A program made the translations under genes and the position numbers. A DNA stretch of 33,414 nt. Origin: Octopus sinensis (taxonomy: Eukaryota). Below are positions 21,806 to 32,394 of the stretch, piece after piece (positions within the stretch are counted from its first letter, which is position 1; each line of letters opens with the position of its first letter). The DNA lies in the NCBI RefSeq assembly GCF_006345805.1, contig NW_021832931.1, forward strand, positions 1 through 33,414, given 5' to 3'. The notes under the pieces were generated by a model. That model worked only from the letters and a program-made list of their open reading frames with translations, was not told the origin of the DNA and did no database searches.

Positions 21806-22630
21806 TTTTTCCCACGAGAGTTCCGGACCTCAGTAATAAACTCATTTGCATACAGCCAATCAGAGCAGAGCCACCTTTATCCTCTCTGTCTAGTCAACCC
21901 CGTGCATTCCTTACTCTTTTCCTCTCTACTGGCAGACAACAACCTTTTCGTCTCTATCGAAAAATAATTTCGCTATCACTACAAGTACTACTGTCTCTAA
22001 CAACCTGTCAAGCGAACGAATAAATATATGTAAATAATATTTCTTCCTTCTTGGTGTTGATCCTTCGATGTTCACTAGTTACTCCAGCGTTGGCACAATA
22101 GTACACTTGCCCAAACTGAATTGCTGGAGTTACTTAATTTTTTTTCCAGTAAAATGCTTTTAAAAAGTTATAGAAGTTTAAATTTGATCATTTTCACCCA
22201 GTCAAGCGATAAGGTAAGGTCACTTGGTTAAGGAATGTCATACTTCTTTTCTTTTTTAATAATGCTTGTTCTTGTTCTTGGTTCAACCATGGCTAGCTCT
22301 TCATAGCTATTTGTGTTGTTGTTTACTTTGTAAAACAGAAAGGGGTTGCTAGCACATCACCCTCTACCCACATTTTTTCTCATCCACATCTTTACCACAT
22401 GGGGCCCGAACAAAATCCGATAATATGTATAGATGCAAATCTATCTAATTACTTGTCTCCTTCTAAAATCAAGTATAACTTGGCGATCGGTCGACTTACA
22501 ACACCGTTCGTCGTCTTGAGTTTACTAGGTAGAATGTGTTTGTTGATTTGACAACAAGGTCAAGGTGAGCACTGATTGGCTGTATGTAAATGAGTTCATT
22601 AATGGGGTAGGGAACTCTCGTGGAAAAAAA
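21806..22630. repeat. Pair of ~60-bp imperfect inverted repeats (21806-21866 and 22569-22630), each with an octamer and a CCAAT box; possible TIR-bounded element
   Basis: TTCCCACGAGAGTTCC..AATAAACTCATTTGCATACAGCCAATCAGAGC versus reverse complement TTCCACGAGAGTTCC..AATGAACTCATTTACATACAGCCAATCAGTGC. Confidence 0.75.
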
Positions 22631-22960
22631 TTTCGCCGCCCGCACACATCTCAAACAGGCAGAGATGTAGTGAATATTTAAAAATTTCATTTTCCATAAC
22701 AGACTCAACTGATGAAAACCAATCAGATTAGCGCTCACGCATGTGATCTGAAGAGTTTGAAACTGCACTTTTGAGCTGTCGTTTATTCCTCTAACGGTCT
22801 CCGTAGAGGTAAGACCAAGTTTGTCTGTATTCACCACCCGCACACACCTCTGCCTGTAAATATTCATCGAACTCTACATAGCGCCGAAAGCTTACCCGGC
22901 TGCTATTGCTAGCAATTACCGTACTTCGTGTGCCAATGCTTTATATATAGATCTATTATA

Positions 22961-23010
<50 letters not shown>

Positions 23011-23055
23011 AAACAAGTCAAAATAGAAAATGCTAAGATGATTTTATAGTGAATC

Positions 23056-23098
23056 TTTCAGTACCGGTTTCGGTCATTTTGAGACCTTTTCAACTGTA
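23056..23098 (-). ncRNA. Minimal type I hammerhead ribozyme (U3-A8 core variant), left arm
   Basis: Reverse complement: TACAG-TTGAAAA-GGTC-TCAAAAT-GACC-GAAA-C-CG-G-TA-CTGAAA. Confidence 0.7.
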
Positions 23099-23380
23099 CG
23101 ATTAAATAATTAAATTTTGAAAAATTTTGAAAAATTAGAAGAAAGGTTTTTTTTAAGGAACTACTTCCATAGTAGTGTTCAGATATATGTGGCATTCTGC
23201 CTTTCTCTGACTCCCTTGTTTGCACTTGTGTATTCAACGACCCTCGAATACACAAGTGCAAACAAGGGAGTCAGAGAAAGGCAGAATGCCACATATATCT
23301 GAACACTACTATGGAAGTATTCCTTTAAAAAACCTTTCTTCTAATTTTTCTAAATTTTTCTAAATTTAATTATTTAATCG

Positions 23381-23424
23381 TTACAGTTGAAAAGGTCTCA
23401 AAATGACCGAAACCGGTACTGAAA
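23381..23424 (+). ncRNA. Minimal type I hammerhead ribozyme (U3-A8 core variant), right arm; predicted cleavage after GUA at 23418
   Basis: Stem I TT.CAG/CTG.AA; core UUGAAAA (23387-23393); stem II GGTC/GACC; GAAA (23409-23412); palindromic stem III ACCGGT; cleavage triplet GUA. Confidence 0.7.
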
Positions 23425-24147
23425 GATTCACTATAAATCATCTTAGCATTTTCTATTTTTGACTTGTTTTTTCATATATAATCAACTCGTGTGTTCCTTT
23501 CCACCCTTATACATATATATATTATATATATATATATTATAATATATATATATATAATATAATATATGGCGTGGCGTTCAATCATACGCATCCTCTATAC
23601 GATCTTTTCGCTCTTTCATTTTTCTCTCTTTCTCGCTCTTTCTTTTACCTTCTCCCACTTTTCTATCCTATTACTCTGTCATTCTCTCTACCTCACTCCT
23701 CCTCCCTTGCTCACGTGACCATCGGCCATCTTTCTTTCTTCTCCTAACTTGTGTTTCTTTCATTCTCTTCGTTGTAGCTGGAACAAGGAAGATGTGTTCT
23801 TGTTTGTCTCCTGTCCACGCTTGATTTACGCGTTCGCCACCACAACCTCATTTAGGCTTAGCAGCCCAACCTGTTTGTTTTACCAACTTTGACCCTCCGC
23901 AAAATCCCAAATTTTATTTAATTTGCTTTGCGGGAGCAACTGCTTTATTGAAAGCGTATATTATTGTTAAATACTCGAAATACGATAGTAGAAAAAAGGC
24001 CAACAATTGATAAAGGGTTGTTCTTTATGTTGTTTGTTTTATTTCCATTTGTCTTTCATTGTTCGAAAGAATAGTTCATGTTCCATGTACTCGGGCTTCT
24101 CATTTTTTTGGTTGTACACGTTCGTGACCGTCCTGTGCCACATATGC

Positions 24148-24217
<70 letters not shown>

Positions 24218-24302
24218 TATAATATATATGCATATATATATATACTTATAGACGTAAGTATGTACATATACGTATGTATATATATATATAATATATATAT
24301 AT

Positions 24303-24500
24303 AGGGAGAGTTTACGAAAAAAACAAAAGACAAAGACAGGTGGTGTACAAAACAAACAGATGTATTAGTAAAGCGCTCAGGAATAGTAAAAGTCTTTTAC
24401 GTTTCGAGCCTACGCTCTTCTACAGAAAGGGACACAGAAAAAAACAAAGAGAGAAACAAGGAGAGAAAAAAATGTGTGTAGTGGCTAAAGATCTATATAT
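24303..24500 (-). mobile_element. Short repeat with a hammerhead-like motif (24394-24429) and a T-rich tail running into (TA)n; partial direct copy of the tail at 24561-24608
   Basis: Reverse complement: CTTT-CTGTAGA-A-GAGC-GTAG-GCTC-GAAA-CG-TA-AAAG, then about 90 nt of T-rich tail and (TA)n. Confidence 0.6.
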
Positions 24501-24907
24501 CTATATATTATTATATGATTGAACGCAACGTATCCTCTTCCAAGTAAGTTTTATCTTTAGGAGGAGAATTCACAAAGGAAAAACAGAAGACGAAGACAGG
24601 TGGTGTAGACACGTTGGCTAATATACTATACACATATAGGCTACAATACATAGGTTGACGAGGCAATAGACAGGCTAGTGAAATGATACACGGGCTATTC
24701 CAACCACACAGTCTAGTCAAACGACACATAAGCTAGTGATGAATTAAATGAAGATGAAAATAAAATGAAGCTGGAATGATATTAATTAGAGACGAAACGC
24801 TAGATAAGTAGAGATATGTATTTTGCCAAGAGCTCAGCAAAATACGATGGGATTCATCATTTCAAAGCTGAGAATCAAGCTGCTTATCAGCAAGCTATTG
24901 CTCCTTT

Positions 24908-24926
24908 GATAATAATAATAATAATA

Positions 24927-24966
<40 letters not shown>
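24908..24966. repeat. (AAT)n microsatellite
   Basis: Direct reading. Confidence 0.95.
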
Positions 24967-24968
<2 letters not shown>

Positions 24969-25269
24969 AAGCTATAATTTTGTTTTCTCTACGCATTAAA
25001 TATGTGTCGTCTGAATGTTTTCGTTCCACCATCTATACGCCTTATCCCCAATCCCACGACCGAAAAGCGTGAGTAAAGAAACACAAGAGAAGATAATCTA
25101 TTAACAAGATAATATGGTAGATAATAACAGAGAAGCTAAAGGAAATTTCCAAACGATAACAATAAAACCTAACGCTTCTTCAGAGATGCTTTCACCAACC
25201 CATTCCAGTCTAGAGGAAGAGAATGTTTCTGCTTTGTGAAACGACTTTGATTGCAATTTGGTTTAGACA

Positions 25270-25400
25270 ATGAATTCGTTGAGCGATTAGAACATGACAC
25301 CGAGTGCCTCACGGTATTTGTCCTGATTCTTTGCGTTCAAATCTCACCGAGATAAATTTTGCCTTTCATCTTTTCGGTGTTGATAAAAAATAACATCAAT
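25270..25400 (+). mobile_element. Very decayed SINE family 1 fragment
   Basis: CGGTATTTG..GTTCAAAT..TTTGCCTTTCATCTTTTCGGTGTTGATAAA. Confidence 0.6.
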
Positions 25401-25402
25401 CC

Positions 25403-25742
25403 AAGGCGGTCGATTGGCTGAAGTGTAAGAACACTGAACAAGGTGCCTTTCAGTATTTGCTCGAGCTGGCAGAAACGCTAGCACGCCGGGCGAAATGCTT
25501 AGCGGTATTTCGTCTGCTGTTACGTTCTGAGTTCAAATTCCACCGAGGTTGACTTTGCCTTTCATCCTTTCGGGATCGATTAAATAAGTACCAGTTACGC
25601 ACCGGGGTCGATAAAATCGACTTAATCTGTTTGTCTGTCCTTGTTTGTCCTCTCTGTGTGTAGCCCCTTGTGGGTAGTAAAGAAATAAGCATTTGCTCGA
25701 GCTTTCTGCGTTCTGAGTTCAAAACACGCCAAGGCCAACTTT
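25403..25742 (+). mobile_element. Old SINE family 1 head (25403-25467 plus 25704-25742) interrupted by a young tail-B copy (25468-25687)
   Basis: 16-bp TSD AGTATTTGCTCGAGCT (25452-25467) / AGCATTTGCTCGAGCT (25688-25703). The host resumes with TTCTGCGTTCTGAGTTCAAA. Confidence 0.85.
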
Positions 25743-26064
25743 AGTGGCAGATTTCAACCATCGTCCGGTTTACACTGCCACCTGGCAATTTCATTGCCTT
25801 TAGTGGTGTCTTCTATGTTGCAAATATTCGGGTCTGGTTTCTGATTTGAGGATACCTTCCTTATTTCCTCTCACTAGCATCAGGCTTAGAGACCTTGTAC
25901 CAGGTCATGAGCATTACCTTCCCTCTGATTAAAAAATAAAAGAAATTGTTTGAATCTTATCTATTGGGCAACCAGTATCCCTGTGCCACTGCCCAGAAAG
26001 TAGGCGTAATTTTACACGGTTGTCTTCTTTATAGTTTTATCTATAAATATAATTTTGTGCCTAA

Positions 26065-26225
26065 GTTGAATGTTCTAAGTTCAAAAACCGCTTAGGTTGA
26101 CTTTGCATCTCATCTTTTTTAAGGGTCGATAAAATAGATATCATCTGAGCACTGGGGTTAATGTAGTCGACTGGTCCTCCCCACGCCATCCCAAATTTCA
26201 AGGCTTGTGCTCATTGTAGAAAAAA
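26065..26225 (+). mobile_element. Decayed SINE family 1, tail A
   Basis: GTTCTAAGTTCAAA..GGTTGACTTTGC..GGGTCGATAAAA..GCACTGGGG..AAATTTCAAGGCTTGTGC..GTAGAAA. Confidence 0.7.
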
Positions 26226-26877
26226 AATTCTACGCTTCTATTCCAAATACTTCTGAAGTCAGTATATATTACTCTGGTCAATTCTGCCTTTCACGATACA
26301 TCAAATAAAGTACCTGCGAAATACTGAGGTCAATGAACCCGACTATATACTTCCTCTAAATTTAAGACGTTTTGTCTATGTTAAAAATAGATTCATCATG
26401 TGAGCCTGGATGATTGCTTTGCTATAAAATTATTGCCGTACTTTAAGATCTGTAAGATAAAAGAAGTTGATTTAGGTTGTTAATTGCTGTTGGAAACATT
26501 GAAAAGTGAACGGTATAGTATAAGCATATTGTATAATATCTTATATAATATATCCCTATGGTTCGTATCATTTTCCCTTGAACGACAAAAGCAACACCAT
26601 AATTAATAATTAATAATTAATAATTCATTTGTGAAGTATAATCTATTCGATCAACACATGTAGTTATCTTAGTCATCTCATCAAGCCTAATAAAATAAGT
26701 ACTATAATTACTGATGAACAGGCGGAATTGGTGGAGCATCGGACCAGATGTTTTCAGTGTTATGCTCTGTTTCTCTGCATCAAAAAGGCCCAAACTGTAT
26801 CGGTCTCAAAGCAAAATCAGTAGCGAAGGGAAGAAAGACTTGTGCATATATGAACAACTGCTGGTATTATGCACACA

Positions 26878-26911
<34 letters not shown>

Positions 26912-27186
26912 ACACACACACTTGCTCAGGCCTGCGCTCTGGAGAGGAAGTTTCAAGACATAGATACGAAGACTACCTATAGCAGACGACAAAGGTTAAT
27001 GGTATAAAAATGTACACTAGCATAGCTTAGTCCTGTCCCTAGGTATTTATGATTTCCCCATTGGTTTAAAGCATGGTCTTATATGTTCACACGACGTCCT
27101 AAAATTCGCTAATGATCTCAAGAAGATTAGAAACAAAAGTAGTTTTTAACATTCCATCGACCATATTATCAGAAGCTGTTATACAC

Positions 27187-27463
27187 GGCTGGTCACAATG
27201 TACTTCCTCGCATCGGTGTAGCTTGGAACGGTGTAGCTTGGAAATGATGTCAACCCGCTGGTTAGGTGATCAGGCCAACATTCCCCTGGACAGAATTTCA
27301 GTCCGTTGCTGGGTTCCCTCATTTAGAACTGAGTGGATGGGAGACCGCAACGTAAAATGAAGTGCTTTACTCAAGAACACAATGCACTGCCGGTCTGGAA
27401 ATCGAAATCACGATTTTGCGATCGTGAGTACAACAACCTTACCATTATGCCATGCAGCTTCAC
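27187..27463 (-). mobile_element. Old SINE: tRNA-like head, CORE-like domain, tail T2
   Basis: Reverse complement has head ...GATTTCGATTTCCAGACCGG and CORE-like TGTGTTCTTGAGTAAAGCACTTCATTTTACGTTGC..CCACTCAG. The tail aligns with 6570-6650 (GCTGGTCACAATG..CAGGCCAACA). Confidence 0.7.
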
Positions 27464-27891
27464 TGTAAACATATGAATGACAATACCAAGTCACTTAGTC
27501 TCTCTCATAAAACACCCAATCGACTTTAAAACGAAAGAATCCTTTAAACGATGTTGTTTCCTGATATTCAAAAGCTTACTCTTTTCAATCGGGTTTCTTA
27601 CGCAAATCCTACTCGAGTACCCCCACCACCCATTAAGTGCCAGCTTGGGTTAACCCATCTTGGTTTCTTACATTCCCGCTTATCTTTGCTAGGTGATGTG
27701 TTACAAAGCAGGAGTGGCTGTATGGTTAAGAAGATTTGCTTTGCAGCCGATGTCTGTCTGTCTGTCTATCTGTATGCATGTATGTATGTATATATACGTT
27801 CGTGTGTGTGCCTATGCATGTATAGATGATTGAGACTAGGTGTGTATATATGTATGTGTGTGTGTATATATATATATGTATATATATATAT

Positions 27892-28430
27892 AAGGGCTTA
27901 GTAAAATAAATTACCTTTGCATACTGAATACTTGGTGAAATTGATTAATTAATTAATTTTACCCTCAATTGTTGAAATTATAATTCATCTCTCTCTATAT
28001 AATGCCGCGGACTTTACCGAAAAAAGCATAGTGTTTACTGATTTTAACCCGCGCTGGTGGAAGGGGAGAGCAGAAATTCTTCGCTTGCATTTTTGGGTTT
28101 GTTGGCACTGTTAGTTGGGAGCAGATCTTCAGAAGCGAGAGGAGCCGAAAGGGTATGCTCCCACTTTCAGTGTTTTCAAATCCAAACCAGGGAGTTCTGA
28201 GCTGATGATAGAAATGTCGTTTGACTAATCTTGAAACGTACGTTCTCAAAATAACCTTTGCACTTGATTTTTTAATTGTCTCTACCCCATATTTGCGTGA
28301 GTTGAATTGAGCAAACACTATATGAGAGAGGTTTTCTTTAAGTATTAGAAATAGTTTTAAAAAAAAGTTTTTTAGCTGCTATTTCTAATGAGTTCAGTAT
28401 GCGGCAAAGTAATTATTTTACTAAGCCCTT
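27892..28430. mobile_element. MITE-like element with ~37-bp TIRs
   Basis: AAGGGCTTAGTAAAATAAATTACCTTTGCATACTGAA (27892-27928) versus reverse complement of 28393-28430, AAGGGCTTAGTAAAATAATTACTTTGCCGCATACTGAA; TA-rich flanks. Superfamily not assignable. Confidence 0.75.
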
Positions 28431-28468
28431 TTATATAATGTAATAATTTGAATTCGCCTTAAATGGTC

Positions 28469-28530
28469 CCTTTGCATACTGATACTTGGTGAAATTGATT
28501 AATTAATTAATTTTACCCTCAATTGTTGAA

Positions 28531-28532
<2 letters not shown>
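28469..28532 (+). repeat. 64-bp direct copy of 27914-27978 lying outside the MITE
   Basis: CCTTTGCATACTGA(A)TACTTGGTGAAATTGATTAATTAATTAATTTTACCCTCAATTGTTGAAAT occurs at both sites, with 1 indel. Confidence 0.9.
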
Positions 28533-28567
<35 letters not shown>

Positions 28568-28610
28568 GTATATATATATTATATGTATGTATGTATGTAT
28601 AGCGTATGTA

Positions 28611-28645
<35 letters not shown>

Positions 28646-28684
28646 GTTTTTATGAGAGAGATTGAGTGACTTGGTATTGTCATT

Positions 28685-28785
28685 CATATGTTTGGGCCTT
28701 GTACCACTACGCGGCACTTTGGCCAAGTGTCTTCTACCATAGCGCCGGGCTGACTGATGACTTGTGGGCGAATTTGAAACCCGTC
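28685..28785 (+). mobile_element. Decayed SINE family 2 head/core fragment
   Basis: CCACTACGCGGCACTTTGGCCAAGTGTCTTCTACCATAGC..CCCGTC. Confidence 0.7.
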
Positions 28786-29133
28786 ATATCTATCTATTTA
28801 TCTATCTATCTACCTATCTTTTTAATACATACATACACACATACGTATATATACACATATAGATATGTATGTATACGCATATATATATATATATATCTGA
28901 TGGTATCCTTTTCTGTAGAGAAAGGGACTTCATCCTATATTGTTTATATATATATATATATATATATATCTATTATATATATACATACATATATATACGT
29001 ATATGTGTGTGTGTGCGTATATATATATAGATAGATAGATAGATATAGATATAATATATATATATGTATGTGTGTATACATATATACACATATATACCTA
29101 TAGATACGCGTGTATATGAACATGTTTGTATAT

Positions 29134-29183
<50 letters not shown>

Positions 29184-29287
29184 AATATATATATTATAAT
29201 ATATCAAATATATAAAATATATATATATATATTATATATATTATATATATACTATATATATACATACATACGAATATACATATATAT

Positions 29288-29322
<35 letters not shown>

Positions 29323-29414
29323 ACATACATACCTAGTCTCAATCATCTATACATGCATACGCACCCACACGTACGTACATATACATACATACATGCATGC
29401 ATGCATACCTACAT

Positions 29415-29445
<31 letters not shown>

Positions 29446-30013
29446 GGCAGGTAGATAGACAAGCATACAGACAGACAGACAGACAGACAGACATATATAT
29501 CACATGGAGTTAGTTTGGAATTGCAGTGATAGCGGATTAGCGTTTATTAGACAACGCGGGAAGCGGATGACACAACGAAACCACCCAATTGTAATTATCG
29601 GCGACGATCAACAATTTAGCTCAAAATTCTTCCACCTCAACATGATTAAACTATCTTTGAAATCGCTGAAGACATTTCACCGTTTTTCCTTTCTATTTCC
29701 TCTCTTTTTCTTTCCATCTTTATTCATTTATTTGTTTATTTGTGTGTTTATTTGTTTACGTCTTTGTTTTTTTTTTTGTTGTTTGTAATAATATTATCAT
29801 TGTTTTATTATTGTTTTTCATCAGTCGACTGCAGGTTTGTTATTACTTCTGTTGTGTGTATATGTATATAGGCTTTGAGCGTGTGTGTGTACGTGATATT
29901 TATATGTGCGTGTGTAAGTGTGCGTGTATGTATATAGATAGATATAGATATAGTATATAAATATACATGTATATATATATGTGTGTGTGTATGTGTATAT
30001 GTGTATATATAAT

Positions 30014-30069
<56 letters not shown>

Positions 30070-30292
30070 GAGACAGAAAGAGTGTCAGAGGTACGTACAT
30101 ATACTCATATCCTCATATATACATACACATATGTATGTGTGTGTATATATGCATATGTATTTGTGTATATATATATATATATAGTTTTGTGTCTGTGTAT
30201 ATATATATAATGTATGTATGTACATAAATATATGTGTGTTATATATATGTATATATATATATGTGTGTGTGTGTATGTGTGTGTGTATGTAA

Positions 30293-30341
<49 letters not shown>

Positions 30342-30360
30342 ATATACTATTATATATAGT
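28785..30360. repeat. Compound microsatellite field (TA, TG, CATA, GACA, TAGA) with one unique island near 29500-29850
   Basis: Direct reading. Confidence 0.9.
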
Positions 30361-30761
30361 AGACCCAACCGTAGCTTTTGTAATCGATTGCGAAATATCA
30401 GTTAATTTTCTTCGCGGCAGAATTATTTCAAAGGAACCCAAAGCTAAATCTGCCTTCTTCTTTCTCCCTAATTTCGCCAATATAAAGCTAAGCTTATTAT
30501 TGGTGAAGTTAATTAGTTTGCTTCTGGTAGAAATTTTTGCCTTCAAGAGCTTCATTATGTTCAAGTTTACAATATACTCTTATCATTTTCTCCCCCCCCC
30601 CCCACTCTTCTCCTTTTATCTACTTGTTTATTTATTAGTTTGTAATTTTTCTGCGGTTTCTGCTTTGATATCTATCATATTATATCATAATCACTTAGCT
30701 TTGTATTATTTTAATATGGCTAACCACATCTTCCGCTTCCCCTCCTCCTCCTCCTCCTCCT

Positions 30762-31085
30762 TCCATCCCTTAAGGTTCGATAAAAGTAGAGTACTATTCA
30801 AGTACTGGCGTCGATGAGTCAACTAGCCCCCCCCCCTTACCACCACCACCACCACCATCACTAATACCCTCCGAAATGTCAGGCCTCGTGCCTGTAATAG
30901 AAATATTGTTAAAGAGCGTTGGTTTGGCAGAATGGTTACAGCGGTATCTCTTTCCGATTATTTACATTCTGAGTTCAAAGCCGACCGAGGTCAACTTTGC
31001 TTTTCATCCTTTCGGGGCGGGGTGAAGGTAAGAATTATAATATAGTGTCAAGACAAATACTGCGGTCGATGGAATTGACTATCTC
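30762..31085 (+). mobile_element. Two adjacent decayed SINE family 1 fragments (3' half about 30762-30905; 5' half about 30915-31085)
   Basis: CATCCCTTAAGGTTCGATAAAA..CAGGCCTCGTGCC..TAGAAA; TGGCAGAATGGTTA..CATTCTGAGTTCAAA..GAGGTCAACTTTGCTTTTCATCCTTTCGGGG. Confidence 0.75.
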
Positions 31086-31114
31086 CTCCACACAAGCAAA
31101 CGTGCATAGATATT

Positions 31115-31162
<48 letters not shown>

Positions 31163-32394
31163 GAATAACAATCAAATTGCGATAGAATAAAAAAATAATC
31201 GCTGGTATATTATATAATAACATACATACCATATGTAACAATAATAATAATAATAATATGAGGGAATATTCCAAGGTATAATTTAATTTTTTATTATTGA
31301 ATTGATAAATGGTGGGTTTTTTTCTAATTTATATATATATATATATATATAATTATTATTAAAATTATAATTTAGGGTATCTAAGAGATACCACCACGTT
31401 GGAAATAGCAGCCAAATCTTGACTCTAAAACCACATTAAATGTTCATACTGCATGATATCCCGGTCTGCAGAAAAATTGTCTCACTGGCTTACTCAAGAC
31501 TGGCCAGTGATGCAAAAAAAGAAGCGGGTTGGGGACCGTTGCATTACCGAACTATTTTCGGCACTATATGCTCTGAGTTCAAATCACACAACATCAAATT
31601 TATTTTTCGTCCTTTCATGGTGAATAAATAAAGTCCCATTTGATCAATTATTGGTATTGATTCTTCTCTCTGCAGAAGAAATTGGATGTGGTCCGATCTG
31701 GAGAGGGATGGGTTCCATCAAGTCTACAAATGCCTAACGCCACGGCAGTTGAAGCCAAACCACCATACAATTTTCAATAGTTCCTCACCGTCCATCTGAT
31801 TAAGTAATCTTCCCTCATGTCACCATAAACATGACCATCACCACCTCCGTTACAGAAATTACCTCAATCCATGTCAGTTGAACATCCATATTGTTATTTC
31901 CCCTCTTGATGTCATCTTACTAAACCAACCCGTCTTTCTTTGTCTACATATATATATATAAAAAAAAAGAACACATTTTTATACCCTGCACCTCGTGTAG
32001 ACCCTTAGTTTACTTTTCCTTTATTTTTCCCATTTACTCTCATTCCACCGATTGAATCCCTTTCTACTCTAACTTCGCAACTTCAACACGCAACTGATTC
32101 TACGCAAGAAATATTTTCCCACCTTTAATTCACTTAAAGATCTTTGAAGAGCCACCTTACACTCAGCATCCTTCTTACCACCCGAACCTAGCGTATATAC
32201 ATACATACAACACACACACACACACACATATATATATATCTACACTCACGTATTAAGCATACACGCACATATATGTATATATGCATCTGGCCTTTTTTTT
32301 TATATGTCGAGAGCCTAAGATCACATTATGCAACGTGCTCTTTTTCAAGAGGTCGCCTCGAAGGTGGTTTTATTAAATGCAATGGTAATTAAAC

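Larger units (their letters stand above)
23007..23473. mobile_element. Foldback (palindromic) element in (TA)n: 229/228-bp arms with a 10-nt spacer; probably head-to-head PLE pseudo-LTR derivatives
   Basis: Arms 23007-23235 and 23246-23473 are reverse complements with about 8 differences; spacer AACGACCCTC; TATATA on both sides. Confidence 0.9.

Noticed and set aside
23007-23473. Palindrome as an assembly or amplification artefact
   Set aside because: The arms differ at about 8 positions, including substitutions, and have a unique 10-nt spacer and symmetrical (TA)n flanks. Long reads would settle it.
24815-25240. Short protein-like frames MYFAKSSAKYDGIHHFK... and MVDNNREAKGNFQTITIK...
   Set aside because: Each is under 45 codons, with no convincing splice sites or homology.
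27995-28318. 107-aa ORF inside the MITE as a transposase remnant
   Set aside because: No DDE/D or DNA-binding motif recognised in any frame.
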